A stretch of 63,588 nt of DNA, filler included. It is 8 parts of 8 records of this genome, joined end to end, with 100 filler letters (N's around TTAATTAATTAA, not from the genome) between each part and the next. Parts side by side here need not be neighbours in the genome. Positions count along the whole stretch, not along the records: positions 6,409 to 15,729 come from SRR31156797_40762; positions 15,830 to 23,097 come from SRR31156797_40771; 6 more parts are not named here. One strand, written 5' to 3'. The notes under the pieces were generated by a model, which searched no databases, was not told the DNA's origin, and was given only the letters and a program-made list of their open reading frames with translations. Made by a program: the position numbers and the translations under genes. This document shows positions 7,970 to 17,598 of the stretch, one piece after another (the stretch's first letter is position 1; each line of letters begins with the position of its first letter).

Positions 7970-9568
7970 TTAGAACATTAACCATTTAAATACTATAAAC
8001 GCAGTCCATGGATCCAATGGACGATCATCATTAAAAACGCCATTCACATCCGATCCATAAGTGTCGTCGTTACTATCATAAAAATCACCTAACCAAACAT
8101 AGGCGCCATGCACTCCTATACTCATAAACGGACCAAAATTATAGGAAACTTTTGCGTTTAACTCTGTTCCTAAATTCGCCCCACCACCTTCAGGTTTTGC
8201 AACACTCATGGCATAAGCACCACCAATTTTAGTGTTTAGTTTGTGTGGTATCACATCATACGAAGCATTCACTGTTCCACCCATTAAACCATATCCCATA
8301 TTTGAGAAATCGGCAACCAATGGAGTAAAGCGATTGACTACATTTCCATGTGGGAATAATAAATAAGCACCACTACCAATAAATACATTACCAGGAGAGG
8401 CCCACATATTTCCAGTCAACACACCATTATATTTTTTATCTTCCAGACCATTATCATCACCGCTGGCATAAATAAAATCAAAGGTAATCACATCGTTAGA
8501 TGTTTGACCATAACGGTAACCACCATTCAGATTAGCACCATATCCAGAAATATCAGCACCTGTCTCCCAGTTTCCTGCATATGAAACATCGGCTATACCG
8601 AAGTTGTAATTAAAAAATCCACCTCCAAAGAAACGACCCATCATACGATCAGCGTTATGACTAAAAAATGTACCTACCCAGATGATATCCGCTGCATAAG
8701 GATTCGGACCAAAATCAAATTTAAATGTACCATTATAAGCATTCAACTGAGTTGCGTTTAAACCCTGACCAAGAATTGAAACACCACCGGCACCATTGGC
8801 ACGGTCCCGCACATAGTTTGCCGATAATCCAACACGCGTAATTTTGGCTACATGTTGCTCATACATAAGCTCAGCCATCGTTACATCATCATTTTCCTCT
8901 ATCATTGATTCGTAAAGCTTGAAGAAACCACCTTTAAAGCGGTAATAATCAGCATCTTTACGCACAGTCACACCAACACCTTCAGTACCCCAATAACCCA
9001 AACGATAACCGGTTGTAAGCATCTTATCAACGGTGGTACGATATGGATTAAAAGGTGAATCAAACATACGTTGTAACCCAAGGTTAATGGCCCAACCTTT
9101 TCCGGGACGTAGCTCTATTTCAATGTTTTGAGTTTGTAAATTTACTTGATCACCAGCCGGTGCACTACCAAAGTTCCCCCCTGTTCCGTAAGCCACATCA
9201 CCCCAAGTCCAATCTATTTCAAAAGCAGCCCTTAAGATGGCTTTACCATTGAATAATTTAGGCTGGTAAATAAAAAATGGAAGTAGGCGCTGTTCAGCAT
9301 AAGCTGTTGTCAGTGTATCACTTGTGCTAGTGGTGTTTTGACCAAACATACGGCCAATAACCTGTCCTTTTAATAATGAATTTTGAGGATAAAAATTGGA
9401 AGTAACACCCTGAGTTAGGAAGAAGGCTAAAAACTGAAACTCCCTTTCTGGTTCCCTTGGAATATCATTTTTAAAAATAGGAACGGGCTCGTTTTTAGAC
9501 AACTGAGCTTGAATCTGTGGAGATCCTACCAGTAGAAGAACTGCAATAAACAATAGAATTTTTCTCAT
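7970..9568 (-). CDS. Outer-membrane beta-barrel (porin-like) protein
   Basis: Sec signal peptide, Gly/aromatic-rich amphipathic strands, and C-terminal ...FIVFKWLMF with terminal Phe. Confidence 0.7.
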   Translation of the reverse strand: MRKILLFIAVLLLVGSPQIQAQLSKNEPVPIFKNDIPREPEREFQFLAFFLTQGVTSNFYPQNSLLKGQVIGRMFGQNTTSTSDTLTTAYAEQRLLPFFIYQPKLFNGKAILRAAFEIDWTWGDVAYGTGGNFGSAPAGDQVNLQTQNIEIELRPGKGWAINLGLQRMFDSPFNPYRTTVDKMLTTGYRLGYWGTEGVGVTVRKDADYYRFKGGFFKLYESMIEENDDVTMAELMYEQHVAKITRVGLSANYVRDRANGAGGVSILGQGLNATQLNAYNGTFKFDFGPNPYAADIIWVGTFFSHNADRMMGRFFGGGFFNYNFGIADVSYAGNWETGADISGYGANLNGGYRYGQTSNDVITFDFIYASGDDNGLEDKKYNGVLTGNMWASPGNVFIGSGAYLLFPHGNVVNRFTPLVADFSNMGYGLMGGTVNASYDVIPHKLNTKIGGAYAMSVAKPEGGGANLGTELNAKVSYNFGPFMSIGVHGAYVWLGDFYDSNDDTYGSDVNGVFNDDRPLDPWTAFIVFKWLMF

Positions 9569-9607
9569 TCTTTTGATCTTAATCTAATTCCTTAACTAAA
9601 GTAAATG

Positions 9608-9655
9608 AAAAAGGTGCAAAATAGCATGAATACTTATCATGCTACTGCACCTTTT
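9608..9655 (-). terminator. Intra-operon terminator-like hairpin downstream of the lipoprotein gene
   Basis: AAAAGGTGCA...TAGCATGA / TCATGCTA...TGCACCTTTT. Confidence 0.7.
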
Positions 9656-9666
9656 ATTTACCCTAA

Positions 9667-10179
9667 TTAATTTAATTTCAAATATTTTTGAATATTAATT
9701 GTGCCTAATGCACCACCGTTAGAACTTCCAAATCCTCCTTCTGGAGTAGGAGCTGAATTACCAATTGCAGGCTCCATTTGAACCACTTCATATTGCATAT
9801 CGTAACCAGCGGCTCCCATAGTAATTTCAAATATACCCTCACTTGTTACGGCTGAAGGAGCACTTTGATTTAATACGATTGTATAGATATCACCTACCTC
9901 TGATTTAGTTTGAACATAAGTACCAATATACTCAGTTTTCACGCCAGTTACATCATAAGATTCAACTAAATAAGTCTGATTTTCATTGAAACTTGCATAA
10001 ATTGAATCAACTGCGAAATATGTAACTAAAAGAGGTGCTACATTATCACCAGAAGAATACCATTCTCCAATTATTCCTACGCTTGTTTCATTTGTGTTAT
10101 CATCATCGTCTTTTTTACAACTGAAAAGAACTGCTGCTGCCAACATGGCAATCATTGATAAATAAAGTACTTTTTTCAT
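9667..10179 (-). CDS. Surface-exposed lipoprotein
   Basis: Lipobox VLFS-C followed by KKDDDDN, which matches the Bacteroidota lipoprotein export signal. Confidence 0.8.
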   Translation of the reverse strand: MKKVLYLSMIAMLAAAVLFSCKKDDDDNTNETSVGIIGEWYSSGDNVAPLLVTYFAVDSIYASFNENQTYLVESYDVTGVKTEYIGTYVQTKSEVGDIYTIVLNQSAPSAVTSEGIFEITMGAAGYDMQYEVVQMEPAIGNSAPTPEGGFGSSNGGALGTINIQKYLKLN

Positions 10180-10214
10180 AATATTAATTTTTAGTTTTCT
10201 TTATTGATTTTATA

Positions 10215-10222
10215 CAAATTTA
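10215..10222 (-). promoter_or_regulatory. Bacteroidota -7 promoter element
   Basis: TAAATTTG (TAnnTTTG) about 35 nt upstream of the lipoprotein ATG. Confidence 0.55.
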
Positions 10223-10398
10223 ATTTCTAATTAATTCTAGATTAACTTTGGTTTCCATTTAAAAGAGGCTGACTTTTCATGTTCTCACACCACTTTTTAT
10301 CACTATGCACTGATTAACAAATACTTACAGACAATAAAAACAACCCTGACCTCACAAACATCAACTAAACACCTAATTTACAGCAGTATACAATTCAG

Positions 10399-11427
10399 CT
10401 AACCCCATTTTATGACATTTGCCGCCCAGGCATATCCAATTCCTGCTGCTATCATTGAAATTACCGTACCAGGTTGAATTTTACCTTGTTCCAAACCTAA
10501 GTGTAATGATATAATTTGATCTATCTGTCCGGCATGCCCAAATTGACTTAAATACACAGACTGATCTTCTTTCAATCCCAGCAAATCAAGCATTACATGA
10601 TGCATGGAACGTTTGAAATGAAGTACTGCCAAATAATCAATGTCTTTTCTTGTCATACCTGACTTTTTCAAAGATTGATCGATACAATGCATCCAATTAT
10701 CCATAGATACCTCATTTAGACGTTCTTTCATATGTGCCTCCTGCATTAAGGTAAGGGATTTATATGCCTTATCCACATTGGCACATGTAATTGGAATGGC
10801 CGTGCCACCATAAACAACTCCGGCATCACGCGCCATACTTCCATCGCTCATTACATGCGAACCTAATATTTGATTGCGCTCATACCCCTTTTGTAAAATC
10901 AATGCACCACCGGCTGCTGACAGATTGAACATCATTGACATGGTTTTATCGGTATAGTCCACAAAGTCTCCATTGCGATAACCACCTGCAATCAAAACCG
11001 TTTTGATTTCCTCATCGGCCAGCATCATATCTTTAGCCATTTTTATGGCACTAATAGTAGAACAACAGCGTTGCTGTACATCTATAGCCCAGGCTTTGAG
11101 GGCACCTATTTTTTCCTGTATGTAAATTCCGCTAGTTGTTAAAGGATACTCTTTCCACTCTTCACCAATGCTTAAAACCAAATCAATATCCAGCGGATCT
11201 ATACCTGTTCTATCGATGGCATCTTGGGCAGCCCAAACGCCCATATCCTGGGTACCATCTTCTTCACCGGGAATTACCTTTTGCTCAATTCCCAACTTTT
11301 CACGAATGGCTTCAGCTGTCCACACACCATTCGCAGCTGCTGCTATTTCTTCGGCAGACTGTCTACCTTTGGGAATGTATAAACCATAACCGACAATGCC
11401 GATGGGTATATTTTTCTGTGTATTCAT
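10399..11427 (-). CDS. KAS III/FabH-like condensing enzyme (Cys-His-His type)
   Basis: IVGYGLYIP, DVQQRCCS (catalytic Cys), AVLHFK, FGHAGQID, AAGIGYAW. Confidence 0.85.
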   Translation of the reverse strand: MNTQKNIPIGIVGYGLYIPKGRQSAEEIAAAANGVWTAEAIREKLGIEQKVIPGEEDGTQDMGVWAAQDAIDRTGIDPLDIDLVLSIGEEWKEYPLTTSGIYIQEKIGALKAWAIDVQQRCCSTISAIKMAKDMMLADEEIKTVLIAGGYRNGDFVDYTDKTMSMMFNLSAAGGALILQKGYERNQILGSHVMSDGSMARDAGVVYGGTAIPITCANVDKAYKSLTLMQEAHMKERLNEVSMDNWMHCIDQSLKKSGMTRKDIDYLAVLHFKRSMHHVMLDLLGLKEDQSVYLSQFGHAGQIDQIISLHLGLEQGKIQPGTVISMIAAGIGYAWAANVIKWG

Positions 11428-11441
11428 TTCAAATTAGGTTT

Positions 11442-12953
11442 CTAATATTTTTCGTCATGTCTAAGCACTCTGCGATCGATTTTTCCGGCATTATTCAAAG
11501 GCAGCTCATCCAGAAATTCAATATACTGAGGAATTTTATATTTGGCCAGATTTTTCAGGCAGAAATCAATTACTTGTTGCTCTGTAAGATCCAAACCATC
11601 TTTTTTCACAATAAATGCTTTACCTGTCTCGCCCCATTTTTCATGGGTTACACCAATTATTGCGACATCCTTGACCTCATCCATTTGCATAATTAAGTGC
11701 TCAACTTCAGCTGGATACACATTCTCACCTCCAGAAATATACATATTCTTAATGCGATCAACTACGTAGTAATATCCTTCCTCATCACATTTCATTAAAT
11801 CGCCTGTATGAAACCATCCATCCCTAATTGTATTTTCAGTAGCTTCCTTATTTTTCCAATAGCCCGGGGTTACAGTATCTCCTTTCAATATGAATTCCCC
11901 AATCTCATTGGTGCCTACTTCATTGCCTTGCTCATCTACCAATTTTACATCGTAAAAGAAGTTAGGCGTACCAATAGAGCCTTGCTTACGAATAGCATCT
12001 GAATGATCCAGGGATGTTACATTTGGACCAACTTCCGTTAGGCCATATCCCTGACGCACTGGAACACCTTTATCTGCCCAGGTTTTAATCAACGGAATAG
12101 GCATAGCCTCTCCTCCTATTACAAAATATCGAATACGCTCAAGATTAACAGTTTTAAATTTAGACGAAGCTTCCATCATTTTTAACATAGTAGGAACTCC
12201 CCAAAAAATAGTGTGTTCATCTTTCTCCATTTGCTCTAATACAGCATCAGCGTCAAAATTGCGCATAAGTAATGTATAAGCACCATGCAATACAAAAGTA
12301 GCTAACAATACATTCCAACTACCAGTATGAAAAGGAGGTGCACAATTGATAGCTCTGTCACTTGAAGTTATATCTAATCGAATCTCAGTATTCAGACAAT
12401 TCCAGAACAGCATTTTATGAGTATACATTGCCCCTTTGGGAAAAGCTGTTGTGCCTGATGTATAGATTAGAAATATTGGATGGTTTTCATCGAATGGTTC
12501 CTCCAATCTATATGAAGGATATTTCTTATTTCCAAATTGTTCAAACAATTCCGAGAGGTTATTCATCTCTAGCTTATGTTCAACTTTTTCGAAATGATTT
12601 GCCTTTTTAATTTTATCGGCAAATTGATCTTCCCAAATAACCAAAGAAGGATCGCTGTCTGTGAGCATAAAATCCAATTCTCTGGAAGTCAATCTGTAGT
12701 TTAATGGAACTAAAGTAATCCCTGACTTTTGTGCTACAGAAAACAAGACCATGTACTCCAGGTTATTTTCGGATAGAACAGCTACCCTATCTCCTGTTTT
12801 TAAACCCAACGATTCAAAAAACCAGGCTGAAGTAGCATTTGCAAGATTATTTACCTGATGATAAGTAAGTTCCCGCTGAGTTTCATACTCTCTAAAAGCA
12901 ACCTTATCAGGGTCATATATATTCCATTTATCGAACCAATCGAAATGTATCAT
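11442..12953 (-). CDS. Acyl-CoA synthetase (FACL/MenE-like)
   Basis: YTSGTTAFPKG, QGYGLTE, WFHTGD, DRIKNMYISGGENVYPAEVE, AKYKIP, GKIDR. Confidence 0.9.
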   Translation of the reverse strand: MIHFDWFDKWNIYDPDKVAFREYETQRELTYHQVNNLANATSAWFFESLGLKTGDRVAVLSENNLEYMVLFSVAQKSGITLVPLNYRLTSRELDFMLTDSDPSLVIWEDQFADKIKKANHFEKVEHKLEMNNLSELFEQFGNKKYPSYRLEEPFDENHPIFLIYTSGTTAFPKGAMYTHKMLFWNCLNTEIRLDITSSDRAINCAPPFHTGSWNVLLATFVLHGAYTLLMRNFDADAVLEQMEKDEHTIFWGVPTMLKMMEASSKFKTVNLERIRYFVIGGEAMPIPLIKTWADKGVPVRQGYGLTEVGPNVTSLDHSDAIRKQGSIGTPNFFYDVKLVDEQGNEVGTNEIGEFILKGDTVTPGYWKNKEATENTIRDGWFHTGDLMKCDEEGYYYVVDRIKNMYISGGENVYPAEVEHLIMQMDEVKDVAIIGVTHEKWGETGKAFIVKKDGLDLTEQQVIDFCLKNLAKYKIPQYIEFLDELPLNNAGKIDRRVLRHDEKY

Positions 12954-12963
12954 TGTAATATTT

Positions 12964-14511
12964 TTAATTCTCTTGAAATTTCTTTTTTGTAAATTGATGT
13001 ACTGTTATACCAACCAATGTGCTAATTACAATGGCAGTTGAGGCTGCAATGGCCGGATTTCGGACTACTCCTGTCAAAAATTTGGTGAAAAATCCAAAAT
13101 TCAAATCAAATTCAGCCACTAAAACAGGTATTAAGTAATATACGCTAAAATGTACAACTATGGAAGTAATTGTTGCTGCCAGCGGTGCGCGGAAATCAAC
13201 TTTTTTAATAAATATCCCAAACAACACAGGTATAAAAGCAGCTGAAAAATAAGCATACACACCATTTTGAGCTAAAATCCCCACACTCAATTTTGGTGCT
13301 ACTATTTGATCCCACGAAATTACGACTGTGATTATTGCTAATCCTACAATAGCTAATTTATTGATGGTTAACAATTGCTTTTCGCTCAATTTCTTTCTGG
13401 ACAAAGGTTTTACAATATCAGATGTAATTGTAGTAGAAACAGACTGAATCAAACCTTCCAATGTTGACAAACCCGCAGAAATTAATCCGAGGATTACAAT
13501 CAATCCAATACTTACCGAAACCCAACCCTGTGAAAATGCAGCCACCACGTAAGCCGGAATTATGCCATCATTTTTCAATGGTTCACCCAAATAAGTCAGG
13601 TCAGGAAAGGTTAAACGTGCATATAATCCTGTAAATGCCACAGCAAAAAACAGCACCTCTGCAATAACAGCTACAGTCAAAAACTTATTGACTTGCTTAT
13701 CGTTTTTCAAAAGCAACGATTTGGTAATGATGTGTGGTTGCACCACCACAGCAATACCCACAATTATTTGAGCAAAAATGATTTCGTAATAATCCCTAAA
13801 AAGCAAACTTTCCGGATTAGTTGGCTTTGCCAGCATGGGATCAATGTTTCTAAGCTTTTCAATAAATCCATCTATCCCTTCCTTGAAATGCTCATAACCG
13901 GATGTCAGTAAAATGATTGCCACAACAATCATCACAACTGCCTGAATGGTATTGGTATACACCATAGAATTTGCACCACCGAACATAATATAGCCAAAAA
14001 CAAATACGACCAAACCAATCAACACATACATTTCATCGATATCCAATGTTTTCGATAACACCTTGGTCAAAGCCACGGCTATTAAAACGATGAAGGTAAT
14101 AACCAGCAATGACATAAATGCCATTAGTAATGAATAGGTTTTACTATTATAACGATCACCAATCCACTGTGCGAGAGTTAATGCTTTAGTTTTTTGTCCG
14201 TATTTCCTGAAGCTTTTGGTAAGAACAATCAACGAAATTAATGCTGCCATAGGAAAAAACACGACAAAAGATAACACCCCACTTATTCCATAATTAGCTA
14301 TAAACCCAGGGTTTACAACAAACGTGGCAGCACTCGTAATGGAAGCTGCCAGTGATAATCCCACTGCAACTGGTGAAAACTGAATATTTCCGATGGCAAA
14401 ATCAGAAATGGACTGCGTTTTTAAGGCACCACGAATTACAAAAAACAAAATAGCTGCTGCATAAATTGATATGAGCACCCATGTACCTGCGACTAAAGTA
14501 TTTGTTTCCAA
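12964..14511 (-). CDS. Sodium:solute symporter (SSS/PanF-like)
   Basis: About 13 hydrophobic segments, SLAASITSAATF, GG..SMVYTNTIQ, QPHI, SAGLST. Confidence 0.9.
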   Translation of the reverse strand: METNTLVAGTWVLISIYAAAILFFVIRGALKTQSISDFAIGNIQFSPVAVGLSLAASITSAATFVVNPGFIANYGISGVLSFVVFFPMAALISLIVLTKSFRKYGQKTKALTLAQWIGDRYNSKTYSLLMAFMSLLVITFIVLIAVALTKVLSKTLDIDEMYVLIGLVVFVFGYIMFGGANSMVYTNTIQAVVMIVVAIILLTSGYEHFKEGIDGFIEKLRNIDPMLAKPTNPESLLFRDYYEIIFAQIIVGIAVVVQPHIITKSLLLKNDKQVNKFLTVAVIAEVLFFAVAFTGLYARLTFPDLTYLGEPLKNDGIIPAYVVAAFSQGWVSVSIGLIVILGLISAGLSTLEGLIQSVSTTITSDIVKPLSRKKLSEKQLLTINKLAIVGLAIITVVISWDQIVAPKLSVGILAQNGVYAYFSAAFIPVLFGIFIKKVDFRAPLAATITSIVVHFSVYYLIPVLVAEFDLNFGFFTKFLTGVVRNPAIAASTAIVISTLVGITVHQFTKKKFQEN

Positions 14512-14523
14512 AGTATTTTCTTT

Positions 14524-15513
14524 TTAATAAATAAAACTAGCTCCGGCAAAGGCTAATCCACCACCTGAACCAATAAACATAATTGAATCGCCACGCTTGA
14601 TTTTACCCGCATTCAATGCATCTTCAAAAGCCAAAGGAATACATGCTGAACCTGTGTAGCCATAATAATGCATACTGGTTTGAGCTTTATCATGTGGCAA
14701 TTTCAAACGATCCATAGTTTCACGAATGCTATTAATATTTATTTGAGTTAAAAAAAACTGACTATAATCTTCAATCGGTGTAGCCGTTCTTTTAGATAGT
14801 TCCAATGCGATGGCTGACCATGTTTCAGGGTTTATATCCGGTGGAAATTTTTTATCTATGCTTAATAAATGTTTCTTGTTGGCCACCATATCTGAGGTTA
14901 CTGGTTTGAATGTTCCACCTGCAAAAATGCCCATATAATCGTGATATTGTCCATGAGTAATTAGTCGGCTAGCTTGAAAACCTCTATCAGAATAATCCTC
15001 AGCTTTAAGAATAAATGCACCTGCGCCGTCTGCAAACAAATTGGCTGTTTTCTTATCCAACTGATTGATATACTTACTCATGGCATATGCACCAATAACT
15101 AAAACGTTCTCATACCGTTCATCAGCTTTGATATATTTTGTTGCCACATCCAATGCAGTAACAAACCCTGCACATGCCGTATTGATATCAAACGTACCTG
15201 CATTCTTCAAACCAAGCATGTATTGAACTTTGGAAGATGTACTGGGAGAAATAAACTCTGGTGTGTCTGTAGAAATAATCAGCAAGTCAATATCTTCCGG
15301 CTTCATATTGCCACGTTCCAATGCCTCTTTCCCAGCGGCCGCAGCCAAATCAGCCGTTGACTCATCTTCAGCGCACCAGCGACGCTCTTTTATTTCGACA
15401 AACTCCTCCAACCAGTCACTCACATTTTCACCCAATAATTCATCAAAATAACTATTAGGTACAACCCTTTCAGGAACATACATGCCGTTGGAATGGATTA
15501 TTGCATTTCGCAT
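14524..15513 (-). CDS. KAS III/FabH-like enzyme with a degenerate decarboxylation site
   Basis: DINTACAGF (Cys), LFADGAGA; FLTQIN replaces HQAN and YGYTGSA replaces GNTSAA; GSGGG. Confidence 0.85.
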   Translation of the reverse strand: MRNAIIHSNGMYVPERVVPNSYFDELLGENVSDWLEEFVEIKERRWCAEDESTADLAAAAGKEALERGNMKPEDIDLLIISTDTPEFISPSTSSKVQYMLGLKNAGTFDINTACAGFVTALDVATKYIKADERYENVLVIGAYAMSKYINQLDKKTANLFADGAGAFILKAEDYSDRGFQASRLITHGQYHDYMGIFAGGTFKPVTSDMVANKKHLLSIDKKFPPDINPETWSAIALELSKRTATPIEDYSQFFLTQININSIRETMDRLKLPHDKAQTSMHYYGYTGSACIPLAFEDALNAGKIKRGDSIMFIGSGGGLAFAGASFIY

Positions 15514-15607
15514 ATTGCTAAATTTTAGTTATAGAAAGAGGAAAACTTACTTCGGAGTTGTCATATTCCTCAATATTTATCATTTATAGTGTTTACATTA
15601 AACTAAG

Positions 15608-15729
15608 TCTCTGATAAAGAAAGCTACATTTTTGAGGCTTTAGAAGTATTGAAAATCAGGAGTCCCGATTCTCGGGATGACTGATTGAAATACAAGAGTA
15701 ACGAAAAAAATGGAGTTTTCTTGCAGAGA
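15608..15729. repeat. About 122-bp nested palindromic (MITE/REP-like) element at the contig end
   Basis: Imperfect terminal inverted repeats TCTCTGATAAAGAAAGCTACATTTTT / AAAAAATGGAGTTTTCTTGCAGAGA, and inner AATCAG..TCCCGA-TTC-TCGGGA..CTGATT. Confidence 0.6.
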
Positions 15730-15950
15730 NNNNNNNNNNNNNNNNNNNNNNNNNNNNNNNNNNNNNNNNNNNNTTAATTAATTAANNNNNNNNNNNNNNN
15801 NNNNNNNNNNNNNNNNNNNNNNNNNNNNNAAAAAATGCTACGATGAAGCTCTCTATTAAAATTACCGTTTCAACTACGTTGCCGTTCTAGGCAATTCAGA
15901 GAGTATTTACTAATTAGTTCAATCAATATTTCACAAAATTTTTTCCACAT

Positions 15951-17390
15951 ATGTCTGACAAAAAAACAATGATTTTGTCTTTAGCAAAATTAAAAAATAT
16001 AAAATTTAGTGTAATCTGGCAAGATATAAAAGAGGCCATTTCGGGAACAGAACGAGATTTTACAGAAACCAGTCTGGGCAAGGCTATTTTTATTTTAGCC
16101 GTTCCAATGGTTTTGGAGATGATAATGGAATCGGTATTTGCCGTAGTCGATATTTTCTTTGTTTCGAAGTTGGGTGCCGATGCTGTTGCAACAGTTGGTA
16201 TAACCGAATCGGTAATGACCATTGTTTATGCCGTTGGAATGGGATTAAGTGTTGCCACAACAGCACTTGTTTCGCGCCGGATTGGCCAAAAAAATAAAAA
16301 AGATGCCGGTGTGGTTGCCTTTCAGGCAATTCTGGTAGGAGCAATTATTTCAACTTGCATAGCCATTCCCGGGGTATTATTTGCACAATCGTTTTTAAAA
16401 ATAATGGGGGCAACCGATAAAATGGCTGCTGAAGGCTATCTCTTCCCTGCCGTTATGTTTGGCGGTAATATCGTTATTATGCTGCTGTTTATAATTAATG
16501 CCGTATTCCGAAGTTCGGGAGATGCTGCCATTTCGATGCGGGTAATGTGGTTTGCCAACATCATAAATATTATTCTCGATCCGCTGTTAATATTTGGAAT
16601 TGGTCCGTTTCCTGAATTGGGTTTAATGGGAGCAGCAATTGCGACAACAACCGGGCGTGGTTTAGCAGTAATTTACCAATTCTACCTGTTGTTTAGTGGT
16701 AAATACCGTATTCGGTTATTTATAGATAGCCTTAAAATAAAAGTTGGAGTAATGCTTAAATTGCTTAAAATATCAGGTGGTGGAATTCTTCAAAATCTGA
16801 TAGCTACTTCGAGTTGGGTTTTACTGGTAAGAATCATTGCAGTTTCTGGTCCGGAAGCGTTGGCCGGCTATACCATTGCAATTCGTATAATCATATTTTC
16901 ATTGCTTCCTGCATGGGGATTAAGTAATGCAGCTTCTACCCTGGTTGGTCAGAATTTAGGTGCCGGACATCCCGATCGCGCAGAACGATCGGTGTGGATT
17001 ACAAGTTATGTAAACTTAATTTTCATGGGCATTTTAGGAATTATTCTTGTCTCTTTCCCTGAAACTTTTATTCGTATGTTTATTAACGACCCTGTAGTAG
17101 TAAACAACGGAACATTGGCTTTGCGAATTATTAGTTTTGGATTTCTTTTTTATGCCATGGGAATGGTTTTGGTTCAGGGATTTAACGGCAGTGGCGATAC
17201 TATTACACCAACAAAAATTAATCTATTTAGTTTCTGGCTTTTCGAAATACCACTTGCGTATTTTTTGGCAATTGTACTGGATATGGGATTAACAGGTGCC
17301 AGTATTTCAATTGTTGCAGCTGAATCGATGTTAGCTTTAATTGCCTTCATTTTATTCAAAAAAGGAAAATGGAAATTTAGAGAGGTATAA
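15951..17390 (+). CDS. MATE family efflux transporter
   Basis: LAVPMVLE, VDIFFVSKLG..AVA.VG, LVSRRIG, NIILDPLLIFG, LVGQNLGAG; about 12 TM segments. Confidence 0.95.
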   Translation: MSDKKTMILSLAKLKNIKFSVIWQDIKEAISGTERDFTETSLGKAIFILAVPMVLEMIMESVFAVVDIFFVSKLGADAVATVGITESVMTIVYAVGMGLSVATTALVSRRIGQKNKKDAGVVAFQAILVGAIISTCIAIPGVLFAQSFLKIMGATDKMAAEGYLFPAVMFGGNIVIMLLFIINAVFRSSGDAAISMRVMWFANIINIILDPLLIFGIGPFPELGLMGAAIATTTGRGLAVIYQFYLLFSGKYRIRLFIDSLKIKVGVMLKLLKISGGGILQNLIATSSWVLLVRIIAVSGPEALAGYTIAIRIIIFSLLPAWGLSNAASTLVGQNLGAGHPDRAERSVWITSYVNLIFMGILGIILVSFPETFIRMFINDPVVVNNGTLALRIISFGFLFYAMGMVLVQGFNGSGDTITPTKINLFSFWLFEIPLAYFLAIVLDMGLTGASISIVAAESMLALIAFILFKKGKWKFREV

Positions 17391-17598
17391 TTTAAACCAT
17401 TGCTGTAAAAGCAGTTGTTCTTTATGAAACTATGTTTGATAAAATTAAAATCAAAAAGATAATTTGTTGATTATAACCATTTATAACATAATGTTATTGC
17501 AACAGATTTCATATATTTTGCCAAATAATTATTTAGGAAATGAACGTTTTTTAATCTAAATTTAAGAAATTCAAATACCTAAATTATTATAAACCATT

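Noticed and set aside
15466-15572. GAGGAA...TTCCTC stem upstream of the first KAS III gene as a riboswitch
   Set aside because: The pairing is weak and I recognise no riboswitch motif. An Rfam search would be needed.
15830-15896. Possible attC-like cassette end (...GCCGTTCTAGGCAAT)
   Set aside because: Only one partial arm is present, the core does not match GTTRRRY, and there is no integrase.
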